DNA of 64,000 nt from Kiritimatiellia bacterium (GCA_050949565.1 JBMNFY010000017.1:384001-448000); one strand, 5' to 3'. Counted from the first letter of the stretch, positions 17,844 through 27,860 are shown. Program-made: numbers and translations. Notes: generated by a model not told the origin, from the letters alone.

Positions 17844-19742
17844 TCAATGTCGTTTCTTGCGCTGTACGCCGCGGAAGATGCCGAAGCCGATCACCAGCAA
17901 CGGAACCAGCGCGATGTTCACGACTTTAAGGGTGAGGCCGAGGCGCTCGATATCCTTGTTCAGGTTCTTGCGGACCTCCTTGAGCTGTTTGCGCGTCTCC
18001 GCCTGCGTCTTGCGGAACTGCTCCAACTCGGCCTGCTGCTCCTTGGAGAGGATCAGGCGCTCGTTGCCGCTCTTCTTCTGCTGGAGATCGGCGAGGCGCT
18101 GCTGGGTCTCCTGCAGGGCGGCCTCGAGGCGCTCTTCTTCGGCCTGCCACTGCTTCATGGCCTTGACCTCGAGCTGGTCGACCTTGACGAACGGGCGGTT
18201 GAACTGGCCGCGCGAGCGCACCCCGATCAGCTCTTCGCGGCCGGCTAACTGCTCAACCGTGTTGCCGAAGAGCGTCAGGTTGTCGTTGATCGGCTGCGCG
18301 ACCTGGCCGAAGAGCGAGTTCATGACCTGCACGCAGAAGCGGTCGTGAAGGAAGTCGGCGTCGCCGAAGACCATGACCGTGCTGGTGCCCGAAGACAGGT
18401 GAGTGGGCACGGCGTTGGTGGCGGTCTCGGTCCCGTTGGTCGAGAGACCGTTCGGGAAGGCGGTTTTGAAGGTGCCCTGCAGGCGCGCGGCGAGAATGCG
18501 CTGAGCGCCGTCAGGCTTGAGCTGGGCGCGCATGGCACTCATGCCGAACTGCGCGTTCATCTGATCCACCAGACAGGCGTTGTCCGTGGAGGTGGTGATG
18601 AGCGGCGTGAAGGTGATCTCCTTGGGCGTGTTGGCCGAGAGCGCACCGGCGAAAGGCAACATCACCTGCGAAAGCTGCGCGGTGATCAAGTCGTCCTTCG
18701 ACATGTTGGCGGTACCCAGCGAAAGGAAGGCGGGATTGTCTTCCACACGGCCATTACCGGCGTTGAGCTTGGTGGCCGCGCTAAGATCGGCAACGACCTT
18801 AGTGGTATCGAAGGTCACGCCCCACGCCTCGAACAGCTTGCCGAGGGTAGAGGGACCCGCCTGTCCGCCGCCCATCTGCATCATCATCGGATTCTGCTGC
18901 TGGTTGGCCTCGAAGTCCGCGATGTTGAAAGGATCCACGCAGACGATCAGGCGACCGCCGCGCAGCACGAACTGGTCGATCGCAAAGAGCGCCTTGTCCT
19001 CAAGGTTCTTCGGGTGTACCACGATCAGCGTCGTGACATCCGCGTCGATCGCTTCGGTATCAGGCTGGATCTCGCGCACGGTGTAATCCTTGCGCAACTC
19101 ACGGAAAACAATCCAGCCCTGATCCTGCTGCTGGCGGCGCATCATCATGGGATTCGGCGGCGTACCGAGCACACTCAGACTGCTGAGCACGCCGACGACC
19201 GGCTTCTCGGGCCAGGCCACGCGCGTGATCAAGCGGGTGATGTCGTACTCCAGAGTCGCCTCAGTACGCGGATTGAAGCCGGGAATGACCGCCTCGGTCT
19301 CGCCGCAAACCGCGACCAGGCCGAAGTAGACCGGTTTGCCGAACGGGTTGGTCTGCTGCGGCTCGATGCCGTAGCGCTGCGCCCACTCTTCAGCATCCGA
19401 GTCGGGTTTCGGGTCGTAGGCTTCGAGCACGATGTGCCCCTTACCAGCCAGTTCGTACTCTTTGAGCAGATCCTGCACTTGGTTGGCGTAGGTCTTGAGG
19501 TACATCGGCATCTCATCCGCCGACGCACTGAAGTAGAACTTGAGCGTCACGTCGTTTTCGAGTTTGCCGAGCACCTGCTTCGAGCCGTTCGAGAGCGTAT
19601 AGAGCTGCTCGGCGGTCAGGTCGACGCGCAGGCGCAGGTTGGAGATAATCAGATTGACGGCACCGATGATGACCAGCAGGATCAACAGTCCCGCAAGGCC
19701 GGAGCCGAAGCGTGAGAGAAATTTCGATTTATTTGCAGACAT
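17844..19742 (-). CDS. GldG-like ABC transporter auxiliary component
   Basis: RVDLTAEQLYTLS.GS, LEYDITRLI, LFAIDQFVLRGG.LIV.VDP, LIGVRSRG, coiled coil and C-terminal TM. Confidence 0.88.
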   Translation of the reverse strand: MSANKSKFLSRFGSGLAGLLILLVIIGAVNLIISNLRLRVDLTAEQLYTLSNGSKQVLGKLENDVTLKFYFSASADEMPMYLKTYANQVQDLLKEYELAGKGHIVLEAYDPKPDSDAEEWAQRYGIEPQQTNPFGKPVYFGLVAVCGETEAVIPGFNPRTEATLEYDITRLITRVAWPEKPVVGVLSSLSVLGTPPNPMMMRRQQQDQGWIVFRELRKDYTVREIQPDTEAIDADVTTLIVVHPKNLEDKALFAIDQFVLRGGRLIVCVDPFNIADFEANQQQNPMMMQMGGGQAGPSTLGKLFEAWGVTFDTTKVVADLSAATKLNAGNGRVEDNPAFLSLGTANMSKDDLITAQLSQVMLPFAGALSANTPKEITFTPLITTSTDNACLVDQMNAQFGMSAMRAQLKPDGAQRILAARLQGTFKTAFPNGLSTNGTETATNAVPTHLSSGTSTVMVFGDADFLHDRFCVQVMNSLFGQVAQPINDNLTLFGNTVEQLAGREELIGVRSRGQFNRPFVKVDQLEVKAMKQWQAEEERLEAALQETQQRLADLQQKKSGNERLILSKEQQAELEQFRKTQAETRKQLKEVRKNLNKDIERLGLTLKVVNIALVPLLVIGFGIFRGVQRKKRH

Positions 19743-19766
19743 AACAGACTCCAAAAGATTTCAATG

Positions 19767-20510
19767 TCAGGAGGCCTTACGGTTGTCGGTGACCACATGC
19801 GCAGCGGCCAGCATGAAGACCATGACGCCGATGTAATAGCCGATGTCGTAAAAGTCGATCACACCGCGGCGCATGGCGTCGAAGTGCTGCATCAGACTGC
19901 ACGACGCGACCGCGTTGACGATGCCAGCCGGCACGCCCCACCCCGAGACGGCATTGATCACGGGGTCGAACCCGATGATCAGCAGGAGGAGGCAGATCGC
20001 AAGGGCGATCACAAAGCCAATCACCTGACTGCGCGAGAGCGCCGAGGCGAACACCCCGATCGCCACGCAGGCACCGGCGAGCAGGAACGAGCCCAGATAG
20101 CCGCAGAAGATCGCGCCCATGTCGGGGTCGCCCAGCCAGACCGTGGTCAGCACGATCGGGAAGGTCAGCGCCAGCGCGATGCCGATAAAGGCCCACGCGG
20201 CAAGGAACTTACCCACGAGCGCCTCGGCCAGCGTAATTGGGAGGGTGAGCAACAACTCGATGGTGCCGGTGCGCCGCTCCTCGGCCCAGAGGCCCATCGT
20301 CGCCGCCGGAACCAGCAGCAGGTAGACCCACGGATGCCAGAAGAAGAACGGCGTCAGGTTGGCCTGGCGACGCTCGTAGAACATGGTCACGCCGAACGTG
20401 AGGAAGCCGACGAGTACCAAGAAGGCGACGAGAAAGACATACGCCACGGGCGAATCAAAGTAAGCTCTGAATTCGCGTTGGAAAATGGCCTTAACATTTT
20501 TTAGGTTCAT
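19767..20510 (-). CDS. GldF-like ABC-2 permease
   Basis: REFRAYFDSPVAYVF, TMGLWAEERRTGTIELLLTLP, GKFLA. Confidence 0.9.
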   Translation of the reverse strand: MNLKNVKAIFQREFRAYFDSPVAYVFLVAFLVLVGFLTFGVTMFYERRQANLTPFFFWHPWVYLLLVPAATMGLWAEERRTGTIELLLTLPITLAEALVGKFLAAWAFIGIALALTFPIVLTTVWLGDPDMGAIFCGYLGSFLLAGACVAIGVFASALSRSQVIGFVIALAICLLLLIIGFDPVINAVSGWGVPAGIVNAVASCSLMQHFDAMRRGVIDFYDIGYYIGVMVFMLAAAHVVTDNRKAS

Positions 20511-21238
20511 TATTTGGAGGTCTCCTCGGTCATGGTTAGGTTACGGAACACCACATCCAGGCGGCCCTGGGGACCCTTGGCGCGCAGTTCGTCCGGCGTA
20601 CCGTTGGCCACCACCCTCCCGTCTGAGATGATGATCGCGCGCGTACAGACTGCATCTACCTCTTCAAGAATGTGCGTGGAAATAATGATCGCCTTGTCGG
20701 CCGCCATCTCCTTGATCATCTGGCGCACCACGAACTTCTGGTTCGGATCCAGACCGTCCGTCGGCTCGTCCATGATCAGCACTTGGGGATCGTGGAGGAT
20801 CGCCTGCGCGAAACAGGTGCGCTGGCGGTAACCTTTGGAAAGCGTCTCGATCGTCTGGTTGCGCACGCTCTCGAGCCGGCTTTTGACGATCGCATTTTCG
20901 ACCTTATCGCGCAGCTCTTTTCCCATGTAGCCGCGCACCTTGGCGATGAAGGTGAGAAAATCTGTCACGGTCATGGTGTGATAACTTGGCGCATTCTCCG
21001 GCAGATAGCCCATGCAGCGCTTGGCGGCCACGGGGGCAGTTATGATGTCATGGCCGCAGATCGTGGCTGTTCCCGACGTGGGCGGGATAAACCCAGTAAT
21101 CATGCGCATCGTCGTTGATTTTCCCGCGCCGTTCGGCCCGAGAAAGCCTAGGACTTCACCCTTCTCCACGGTAAAGGAGACATCCTTAACCGCTTGGAGC
21201 GAGCCGAAGTCTTTTCTGAGGTTACTTACGGTCAGCAT
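20510..21238 (-). CDS. GldA-like ABC transporter ATP-binding protein
   Basis: GPNGAGKST, LSKGYRQR, LIMDEPTDGLDPNQ, STHIL. Confidence 0.93.
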   Translation of the reverse strand: MLTVSNLRKDFGSLQAVKDVSFTVEKGEVLGFLGPNGAGKSTTMRMITGFIPPTSGTATICGHDIITAPVAAKRCMGYLPENAPSYHTMTVTDFLTFIAKVRGYMGKELRDKVENAIVKSRLESVRNQTIETLSKGYRQRTCFAQAILHDPQVLIMDEPTDGLDPNQKFVVRQMIKEMAADKAIIISTHILEEVDAVCTRAIIISDGRVVANGTPDELRAKGPQGRLDVVFRNLTMTEETSK

Positions 21239-21372
21239 CTGGTTCCTCTATTTGTTGGTTGACGCAACACCCGGCCTATACAGTCCAGGTAACAAAAAGT
21301 CATGCAAAAGAAGGTAGCAGATGGTGTGCCACAATGTCTACCACGCATTACGCGGGCGTCCCCGCCAGCAGG

Positions 21373-22050
21373 AAGTTGAGCGTTGAAAGTTGAGCGTTTT
21401 TTTAACGCAGAGACGCGGAGACGCAGAGATTTTTGCAGGGCACCGGCATCGCTATCGCCGCAGGTCGCATGTCGCGAGTCGCGATTGCGACCACCCAGTG
21501 GTCGCAATGATGAGTGTGAAAGCCCTGCTCTGCCTTGGCCGAATCCGATCCCGATCCCGATAGCGATCCCAACGGCGGCGTGAAACGCCGCCCGGACGAG
21601 CAGACGCTCGTCCCTCCCGGCGCTCCGCGAGTCCGGTCATAGGCTGGAGGGCGAGCGTCTTCGCGAGACGCCTTCCGCGCCGTGCGCGGAATCACAGCCC
21701 CGAAGGGGCGGCATCACCTTAGCCCAGGGCAAGCGCAGCGCAGCCCTGAGTCATGGAGTGCAAGGCATGGTGGCCTGAAAGGTCACTTCAAACTTGCAGA
21801 GCATCGCTATCGGTATCGCTATCGGTATCGCGCGAGTCGCAGGTCGCCAGTCGCAAGCCGCGAGTCAACCTGATGAGTGTAAAAACGGGCGGAAGACGGG
21901 CGCCGAGCGTACGCGGGACATGCGCTAACTCCTTGCCTATAACTTGAGCGTTAAAAGTTGAACGTTGAGCGTTAAACGTTTTTAACTCAGAACTCAGAAC
22001 GCTGAACGTCGAACGCTGAACTCTGAAGGTGAAAACTCCTTGCCTATCAC
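21373..22050. repeat. Composite REP-like repeat mosaic
   Basis: Heptamer, hexamer (ATCGCT/ATCGGT) and 9-mer modules, palindrome ATTGCGACCAC-CCA-GTGGTCGCAAT, REP hairpins; 21498-21660 recurs at ~28150-28315 and 21675-21830 at 22821-22980. Confidence 0.85.
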
Positions 22051-22173
22051 TTACACCGGCCAGAGTTATCCTCATTTACATTCCCGTGCGAAGCGCGGGC
22101 GGCGAGTTAACCAATCACGAAAACACTAAAACACGGCTTGTCCCGCGTATCACAAGTGTGTTACAGTGGCGAC

Positions 22174-22431
22174 ATGAAAACAGCCGTACTACACACGCGA
22201 ATTGATCCGAAATTAAAAACCCAGGCGGAAACTGTTTTTGAAAAGATCGGCCTTTCGTCATCGGACGCGATACGCATTTTCTACAAGCAGGTCGTTCTCC
22301 GTAAAGGGCTCCCTTTTGACGTCTCGATCCCCAACAAGGAAACGGCGGAGACTCTTGCCAAGAGTCGCCGAGGTGAGGACGTAGAAACGTTCGACTCCCT
22401 TGACGAACTTTTCGAGAGTTGGGAGAAGTGA
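22174..22431 (+). CDS. dinJ: RelB/DinJ family antitoxin
   Basis: RIDPKLKTQAE.VF..IGLSSSDAIRIFYKQV....GLPFDV.IPN.ET; extended -10-like TGTTACAGT just upstream, possibly leaderless. Confidence 0.88.
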   Translation: MKTAVLHTRIDPKLKTQAETVFEKIGLSSSDAIRIFYKQVVLRKGLPFDVSIPNKETAETLAKSRRGEDVETFDSLDELFESWEK

Positions 22432-22700
22432 AAAAGGTTTCGCAAACCAAGCAATTTCGCCGTGATGTGAAACGCATGCAGAAACGTGGCAAGGACTTGT
22501 CCAAACTCCAGGCTCTCGTCCGCTTGTTGGCGTACGGCCACCCGCTATCCCCCCAACACCGCGATCATCCACTGCTTGGAGATTGGGCTCCATCCAGAGA
22601 CTGCCATATCGAACCGGACTGGGTTCTTATCTACACGCCGGGCCCCGATACCCTCTTGCTTGAACGAACAGGGACACACGCCGATTTGTTTGGGAAGTGA
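22428..22700 (+). CDS. yafQ: YafQ family mRNA interferase toxin
   Basis: TKQFRRDVKR...HRDHPLLGDW...RDCHIEPDWVLIY...RTGTHADLF; GTGA overlap with the antitoxin stop. Confidence 0.92.
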   Translation: MKKVSQTKQFRRDVKRMQKRGKDLSKLQALVRLLAYGHPLSPQHRDHPLLGDWAPSRDCHIEPDWVLIYTPGPDTLLLERTGTHADLFGK

Positions 22701-22744
22701 AACCGGCTTCTACCGAATTAGGAACGGAAACGAGCCTTGAGAGG

Positions 22745-23510
22745 CGGTAAGGCGGTAAGGCAGTAAGGGGCAGCAGGCAATAAGCTTTGGTGCGCAAAAT
22801 TTGGAATGCGGTGATAAGAGCCGCGCTGTGCGCGGAAGCACAGCCCCGAAGGGGCGGCATCACCTTAGCCCAGGGCAAGCGCAGCGCAGCCCTGGGTCGT
22901 GGAACGAAAGGCATGGTGGCCTGAAAGGTCACTTCAAACTTACAGAGCATTGCTATCGGTATCGCTATCGGAATCGCTATCGCTATCGGTATCGGTATCG
23001 CCGCAGGTCGCATGTCGCGCGTCGTGAGTCAACCTCTCTTATTGCGACCACCCAGTGGTCGCAATGATGAGTGTAAAAGCCCTGCTCTGCTTTTGCCGAA
23101 TCCGATTCCGATCCCGATAGCGATCCCGATCCCGATCTGGATGAGGCTTTAAACCAGAAACAAAGGACAGAAAAACACCGCAGAGACGCAGGGATTTTTT
23201 ACGGGGTGGCGGCGTGACCGCCGCCGGGGAGGGACGAGCGTCTGCTTGCCCGCGGACAAGTGACACTTGTCCCTCCCGGTGCTCCGCAATGAAACCCGAA
23301 ACCATCCTTCCGCACAGCGGAAGGCGGCTCGTGGGGACACTCGCCCTCCATCGTAACTAAGGGACAGGTATTTAGACGCTCTTAAATGGTCGGATGCTCA
23401 AGGAACAGGGGCACGGACATTCCTGTCCGTGGCACGGGTTGGAAAACCCGTGCTCCTTTCGCCGCGCATAACGCGGCGTGGTCAAGCGGACGCTTGACCC
23501 TCCCGGTGCT
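22745..23510. repeat. Composite REP-like repeat mosaic between the TA modules
   Basis: GGCGGTAA 8-mers, module shared with 6590-6645 (inverted), CCCGAAGGGG..AGCCCAGGG..CCCTGGG element, (ATCGST)n, palindrome at 23041, REP doublet at 23408-23456. Confidence 0.85.
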
Positions 23511-23553
23511 TCGCAAGTCCGGCAAATTGTCGTCCCACTCATCCGTGGATGTG

Positions 23554-23811
23554 TCAGCGGTACACTTCACGGCGGTGTCCGATGCGGATGACGACAACGA
23601 CAAGCTCACAGTCACGAATCGCGTAAACAATTCGCCAGTCACCTACGCGGACGCGGTAGAGGCCTTCCACGCCGACCAACTTAACAGCATCAGGTGGTCG
23701 AGGATCGTCCTCAAGAGACTCGAATTTGAGGACAACGCGATGCCGCACGTCGCTGGGCATGTGGTCGAGTACCTTGCACGTCCGTTTATCTAAGCGGACG
23801 GAGAACTTCAC
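23554..23811 (-). CDS. RelE/ParE family toxin
   Basis: LEDDPRPPDAVKLVG...YRVRVGDWRIVY.I.D..LVVVVIRIGHRREVYR. Confidence 0.92.
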   Translation of the reverse strand: MKFSVRLDKRTCKVLDHMPSDVRHRVVLKFESLEDDPRPPDAVKLVGVEGLYRVRVGDWRIVYAIRDCELVVVVIRIGHRREVYR

Positions 23812-24074
23812 GTCTCGGCCACCCGTCCCGCCAGATATTCGTCAAGGGTGTTAAAGGCGGCGGGATTGCGGTCGTACTCCTTGAGCACTTTCGTGGCGGC
23901 TCGAACATCCTTTGCGTCTTCAAGCTTCTGGAGCAGGGCGAGGTCTTCAGTTGAAATTAATGCGGCGACCGGCTTCCCGCGCCGGGCGAGGACAACCCGC
24001 TCGCCTCCGTAAGAAACGCGGTTGATCGCCTCCGCCAGTCTGTTGCGCGCCTCGACAATGCTGAGCGTGGTCAT
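23808..24074 (-). CDS. Phd/YefM family antitoxin
   Basis: LSIVEARNRLAEAINRV...ERVVLARRGKPVAALIS.EDL; GGAG RBS; overlaps the toxin start. Confidence 0.9.
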   Translation of the reverse strand: MTTLSIVEARNRLAEAINRVSYGGERVVLARRGKPVAALISTEDLALLQKLEDAKDVRAATKVLKEYDRNPAAFNTLDEYLAGRVAET

Positions 24075-24104
24075 GGTGTTTTGTCTCCTTCCTTTCATGT
24101 CCAT

Positions 24105-24133
24105 AATGTACACAACCGCGCGTTGCGGGTCAA
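24105..24133 (-). promoter_or_regulatory. Sigma70 promoter of the phd-relE operon
   Basis: TTGACC-N17-TACATT on the minus strand; overlapping imperfect palindrome TGTCCATAATGTACA as a possible antitoxin operator. Confidence 0.65.
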
Positions 24134-24274
24134 TAACTCCTTGCCCATAACTTGAGCGTTAAAAGTTGAACGTTGAGCGTTAAACGTTTTTAACTCAGAA
24201 CGCTGAACGTCGAACGCTGAACTCAGGTACAAAGGGATCGGTATTGACTCGCGACCCGCGACGTGCGACTTGCA

Positions 24275-24630
24275 GCCAACCCTGCCCCCAAAAATCTGCG
24301 TTAAAAATCTAAACCACGAACCACACGAACAACACGAAAGCAGTGCTGTGCCTTTTCGTGTATTCCGTGTATTTCGTGGTTAAACAAACCCGAGCAATGC
24401 CCCTCCAAAATCTGCGTCATCTGTGTAATCTGTGGATAGAAAAAACCGAGCCATGCCCTTCCAAAAACCTTGGCGTTCTTGGCGCCTTGGCGGTTCCAAA
24501 AACCCGAGCAATGCCCCTCCAAAATCTGCGTCATCTGTGTAATCTGTGGATAGAAAACCAAGCAACGCCCCTCAAAAAACCTTCGTGCCCTTCGTGTCTC
24601 CGTGGTTAAAACAACCGAGCCCTGCCCCTG
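24275..24630. repeat. Linker-plus-3x9-mer array, copy 1
   Basis: Linker AAAACC(C)GAGCAATGCCCCTC(C)AAAA with core at 24391, 24447, 24505, 24559, 24616 (period 54-58), alternating with different triplicated 9-mers. Confidence 0.85.
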
Positions 24631-24742
24631 TCACCGCGCGGACTACCCCAGCCTGAAAAAACGCTTCACTTCCCCCCGTTGGATGGTATACACTTGAACC
24701 GTTGATTTTGGATTGTCTCAATCAATAAACAAGGATCACGCC

Positions 24743-27700
24743 ATGAACATTAAAACACGCATCCTTCCCGCACTACTCCTTGCCGCCGTGCTGTTACCCT
24801 TCTCAGTGTACGCCTACACCTACGGTGATTACACCTACACCGTCTATGACGGCAAAGCCACCATCACCGACTTTAATTCATCCTACTCCGGATCCTTGAC
24901 CATTCCCTCCACCCTCGGCGGCTATCCCGTCACATCCATCAGCTACAGAGCCTTCTACAACTGCTATCGCCTCACCTCCGTCACCATCCCTGACAGCGCC
25001 ACAAGAATCGGCGACGAAGCCTTCTCATCCTGCACCTCCCTCACAGCGATCAACGTATCGAAAAACAACCCGGCCTACACAAGTACCAACGGCGTCCTCT
25101 TCAACAAAAACTTGACCACTCTGATCCAGTGCCCCGGTGGCTTCTCTGGATCCTACACCATCCCCGACAGCGTCACATCCATCGGCGACAGCGCCTTCCG
25201 CTCCTGCGACATCCCTCACGGCAATCAACGTATCGGAAAACAATCCGGCCTACACAAGTGCCAACGGTATCCTTTTCAACAAAAGCTTGACCGCTCTAAT
25301 CCAGTGCCCCGGTAGCTTCTCCGGATCCTACACCATTCCAGACAGCGTCACATCCATCGGCGACAGCGCCTTCTACGACTGCACCAAACTCACCTCCGTC
25401 AACATCCCTGACAGCGTCAAAAGCGTCGGCGACTGGGCCTTCGGCTGGTGCGCGTCCCTCGCCTCCGTCACCATCGGGAACAGCGTCACCGACATCGGCG
25501 GCTACGCCTTCTGCTACTGCTCCTCCCTCGCCTCCGTCGTCATCGGAAACAACGTCATCGCCATCGGCGACAGAGCCTTCTACAACTGCGACTCCCTCAC
25601 CTCCGTCAACATTCCCGACAGCGTAACAAACATCGGCGGCTGGGCCTTCGGGAACTGCTATCGCCTCACCTCCGTCACCATCCCTGACAGCGTAACAACC
25701 ATCGGCTACTGGGCCTTCCGCTCATGCACCAACATCACCTCCGTCACCATCGGAAACAGCGTCACAAACATCGGCGACTACGCCTTCGGAGACTGCTCCG
25801 CTTTGCAGTGCGCATATTTTAAAGGCAATGCTCCCTCTAGAGGTTACGATGTTTTTTTAAGATCCACTCAAACGACCGTCTACCGGCTACCTTATGCCAT
25901 AGGCTGGCCGACTGTGCCCAACTCTTGGTGTGGTCGACCGACTGCGTATTGGACTTGGCCGGTTACTGTGATGTTTGACCCGCTGGGGGGAGCAGTAGAT
26001 CCGTCAAACGCAACCATGAGCTACGGTTTCGCCTACGGTGTCTTGCCTGTACCGATGCTGGCCGGACATTTCTTCGGGGGCTGGTGGACCGAAGCCGGCG
26101 GCACGGGAACGCAGGTGACAGACACGACTTTAGTGACAACAGCGTCAGACCACACCCTCTATGCCAAATGGATCAACCCATACGCTGTCGGGAACGGCGA
26201 AAACGCCGTGCCGGTCGGCAAGGTCACGGCGGCTTGTCCATCCAGCTTGGCGGGGTCGGTTTGTTGGACGACGGCGACATGGCGGGGCTCGAATGGAGCG
26301 TGACCGGACGGGGCGTGCTGTCCTTTGACTGGAAGGTGTCGAGCGAGGCGGATTGGGATGTGCTGCGGTTCTACGAGGTCGGAACCGGAGAAACGAATGT
26401 GATCTCCGGCACGGGCGCGGAGTGGACGCGGATCACGCGGGTCGTGGAAGCGGACTCGCCGCACACGTTCCGCTGGGAATATGAGAAAGATCCGCATGGC
26501 GACTATGTCGGTGATGACTGCGGCTGGATCGATGCGTTCGACTGGGCGCCTTTCTTTGATCTGACCGTTAACGGCGGCACGGGCGGCGGCACTTACACCA
26601 ACGGCACAATCGTGACCGTCTCGGCGGACACACCCCCCGCTCACTACCTGTTTGATGTGTGGACAGGAGACACCGGCGCCGTAGCGAACGTACACGCGGC
26701 GACCACCACCCTGACCATGCCGGCGACGAACGCCGTGATAACGGCGACGTACAAGCCGATCCTCTATCCGGTCGAAGTCGTTGGCGGCCAGGGCAGCGGC
26801 GGCTACGCCTACGGCTCCACGGTGACGCTGAGCGCGGATATACCGGAAGGCAAGCGCTTCTACCGCTGGGCGGGCGACACGGCAAACATTGCCGACCTCA
26901 ACGCGCCGACGACCACGGTGTATTTCGCAGGTGAGTCGCTGGCGGTGACCTCGACCTATTGCGTACCGCTGACCGTGACGCAGGGCACGGGCAGCGGATG
27001 GTACCCCGAGGGAGCGACCGCCGTTGTGAAGGCCGACCCCAATCCGATGTGGATGGAGTTCGCAGGATGGATCGGCGACGGCGCAGGCCAAGTGGAAAAC
27101 GTCTTTCTGGCGGACACGACAATGGTGATCCCGACGCGGCCTTCCGCATTGACCGCCACCTACACCGACTCGGTGGCGCGCGTGGCGGGCTGTTACGGGC
27201 GCGCGTTCACGCGCTCGGGCGTGGAAGGCGGCATTTCGACGGACTTTGCGGCAGGCTCTCCCTCCGGCACGCCAGCAGTCAAGCTGGGCGGGGCGGGTGT
27301 GGTTCCGGACAACGGGTTTGCGGCCTTTGAAACCTCGGTTTTCGGCAGCGGAACCGTCACGTTCTGGTGGCGGGTTTCGAGCGAACGCGATGCCGACTAC
27401 TTGAAGTTTCTCGTGGACGGCACGCAGGTCGCCGCCCTTTCTGGAACGAAAGGTCCATGGACGCAGGTTTCGCAACGGATCGAGGGCGCGGGCGCATCCC
27501 ATGTTTTGCGCTGGGAATACGCGAAAAACGATTCCTTCGCCAGCAGTACCGATGCGGGCTGGGTGGACGACATCGTTTGGACGGGAGACATTCCCGAACC
27601 GGTGCTCTCGCCCGACATTCAAGAGACGGCCTTCACCAACGGGGTGTTCGGCATCCGTTTCCTGGGCGAACGCGGCATTCCCTACGCGGTCTACAGCAAC

Positions 27701-27847
27701 GCCACGCTCAACGCGGACGGCTGGGCGTTCATGCAGACCGTGACGCAGGAAGAGGGAGAAACCAACGGCGTGTTCCGTTTCGGCACGGTTATTCTCCCGC
27801 CCGTCGGCCAGCGCTCCGGCTTCTACCGCATCAAGAGCGGGCCTTGA
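24743..27847 (+). CDS. BspA-type leucine-rich-repeat surface protein with InlB-B/Flg_new repeats (two frameshifts)
   Basis: Signal peptide; TpLRR 'SVTIPDSVTSIGDSAF..C..L' repeats; FGGWWTEAGGTG..LYAKW repeat. Extra G near 25208 (by comparison with the sister repeat) and a missing base near 26222 join ORFs 24713-25315, 25137-26303 and 26084-27847. Confidence 0.8.
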
Positions 27848-27860
27848 GATGCAGTGGAAT

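Noticed and set aside
21870-21900. CTGATGAG as a hammerhead ribozyme core
   Set aside because: No stem II closing onto GAAA and no stems I/III; other copies read AATGATGAG
21232-23340. Short ORFs with YRYRYR, PIPIPI or NAETRRRR peptides
   Set aside because: Translations of the hexamer and 9-mer repeat modules, not supported as genes
22174-24074. Integron cassette array carrying TA modules
   Set aside because: No intI and no convincing attC (RYYYAAC...GTTRRRY) boundaries; the modules are convergent
24380-24630. Linker array as a canonical CRISPR
   Set aside because: The linker is degenerate, the spacers are themselves periodic and reused, and there is no cas gene or leader; kept as a distinct finding
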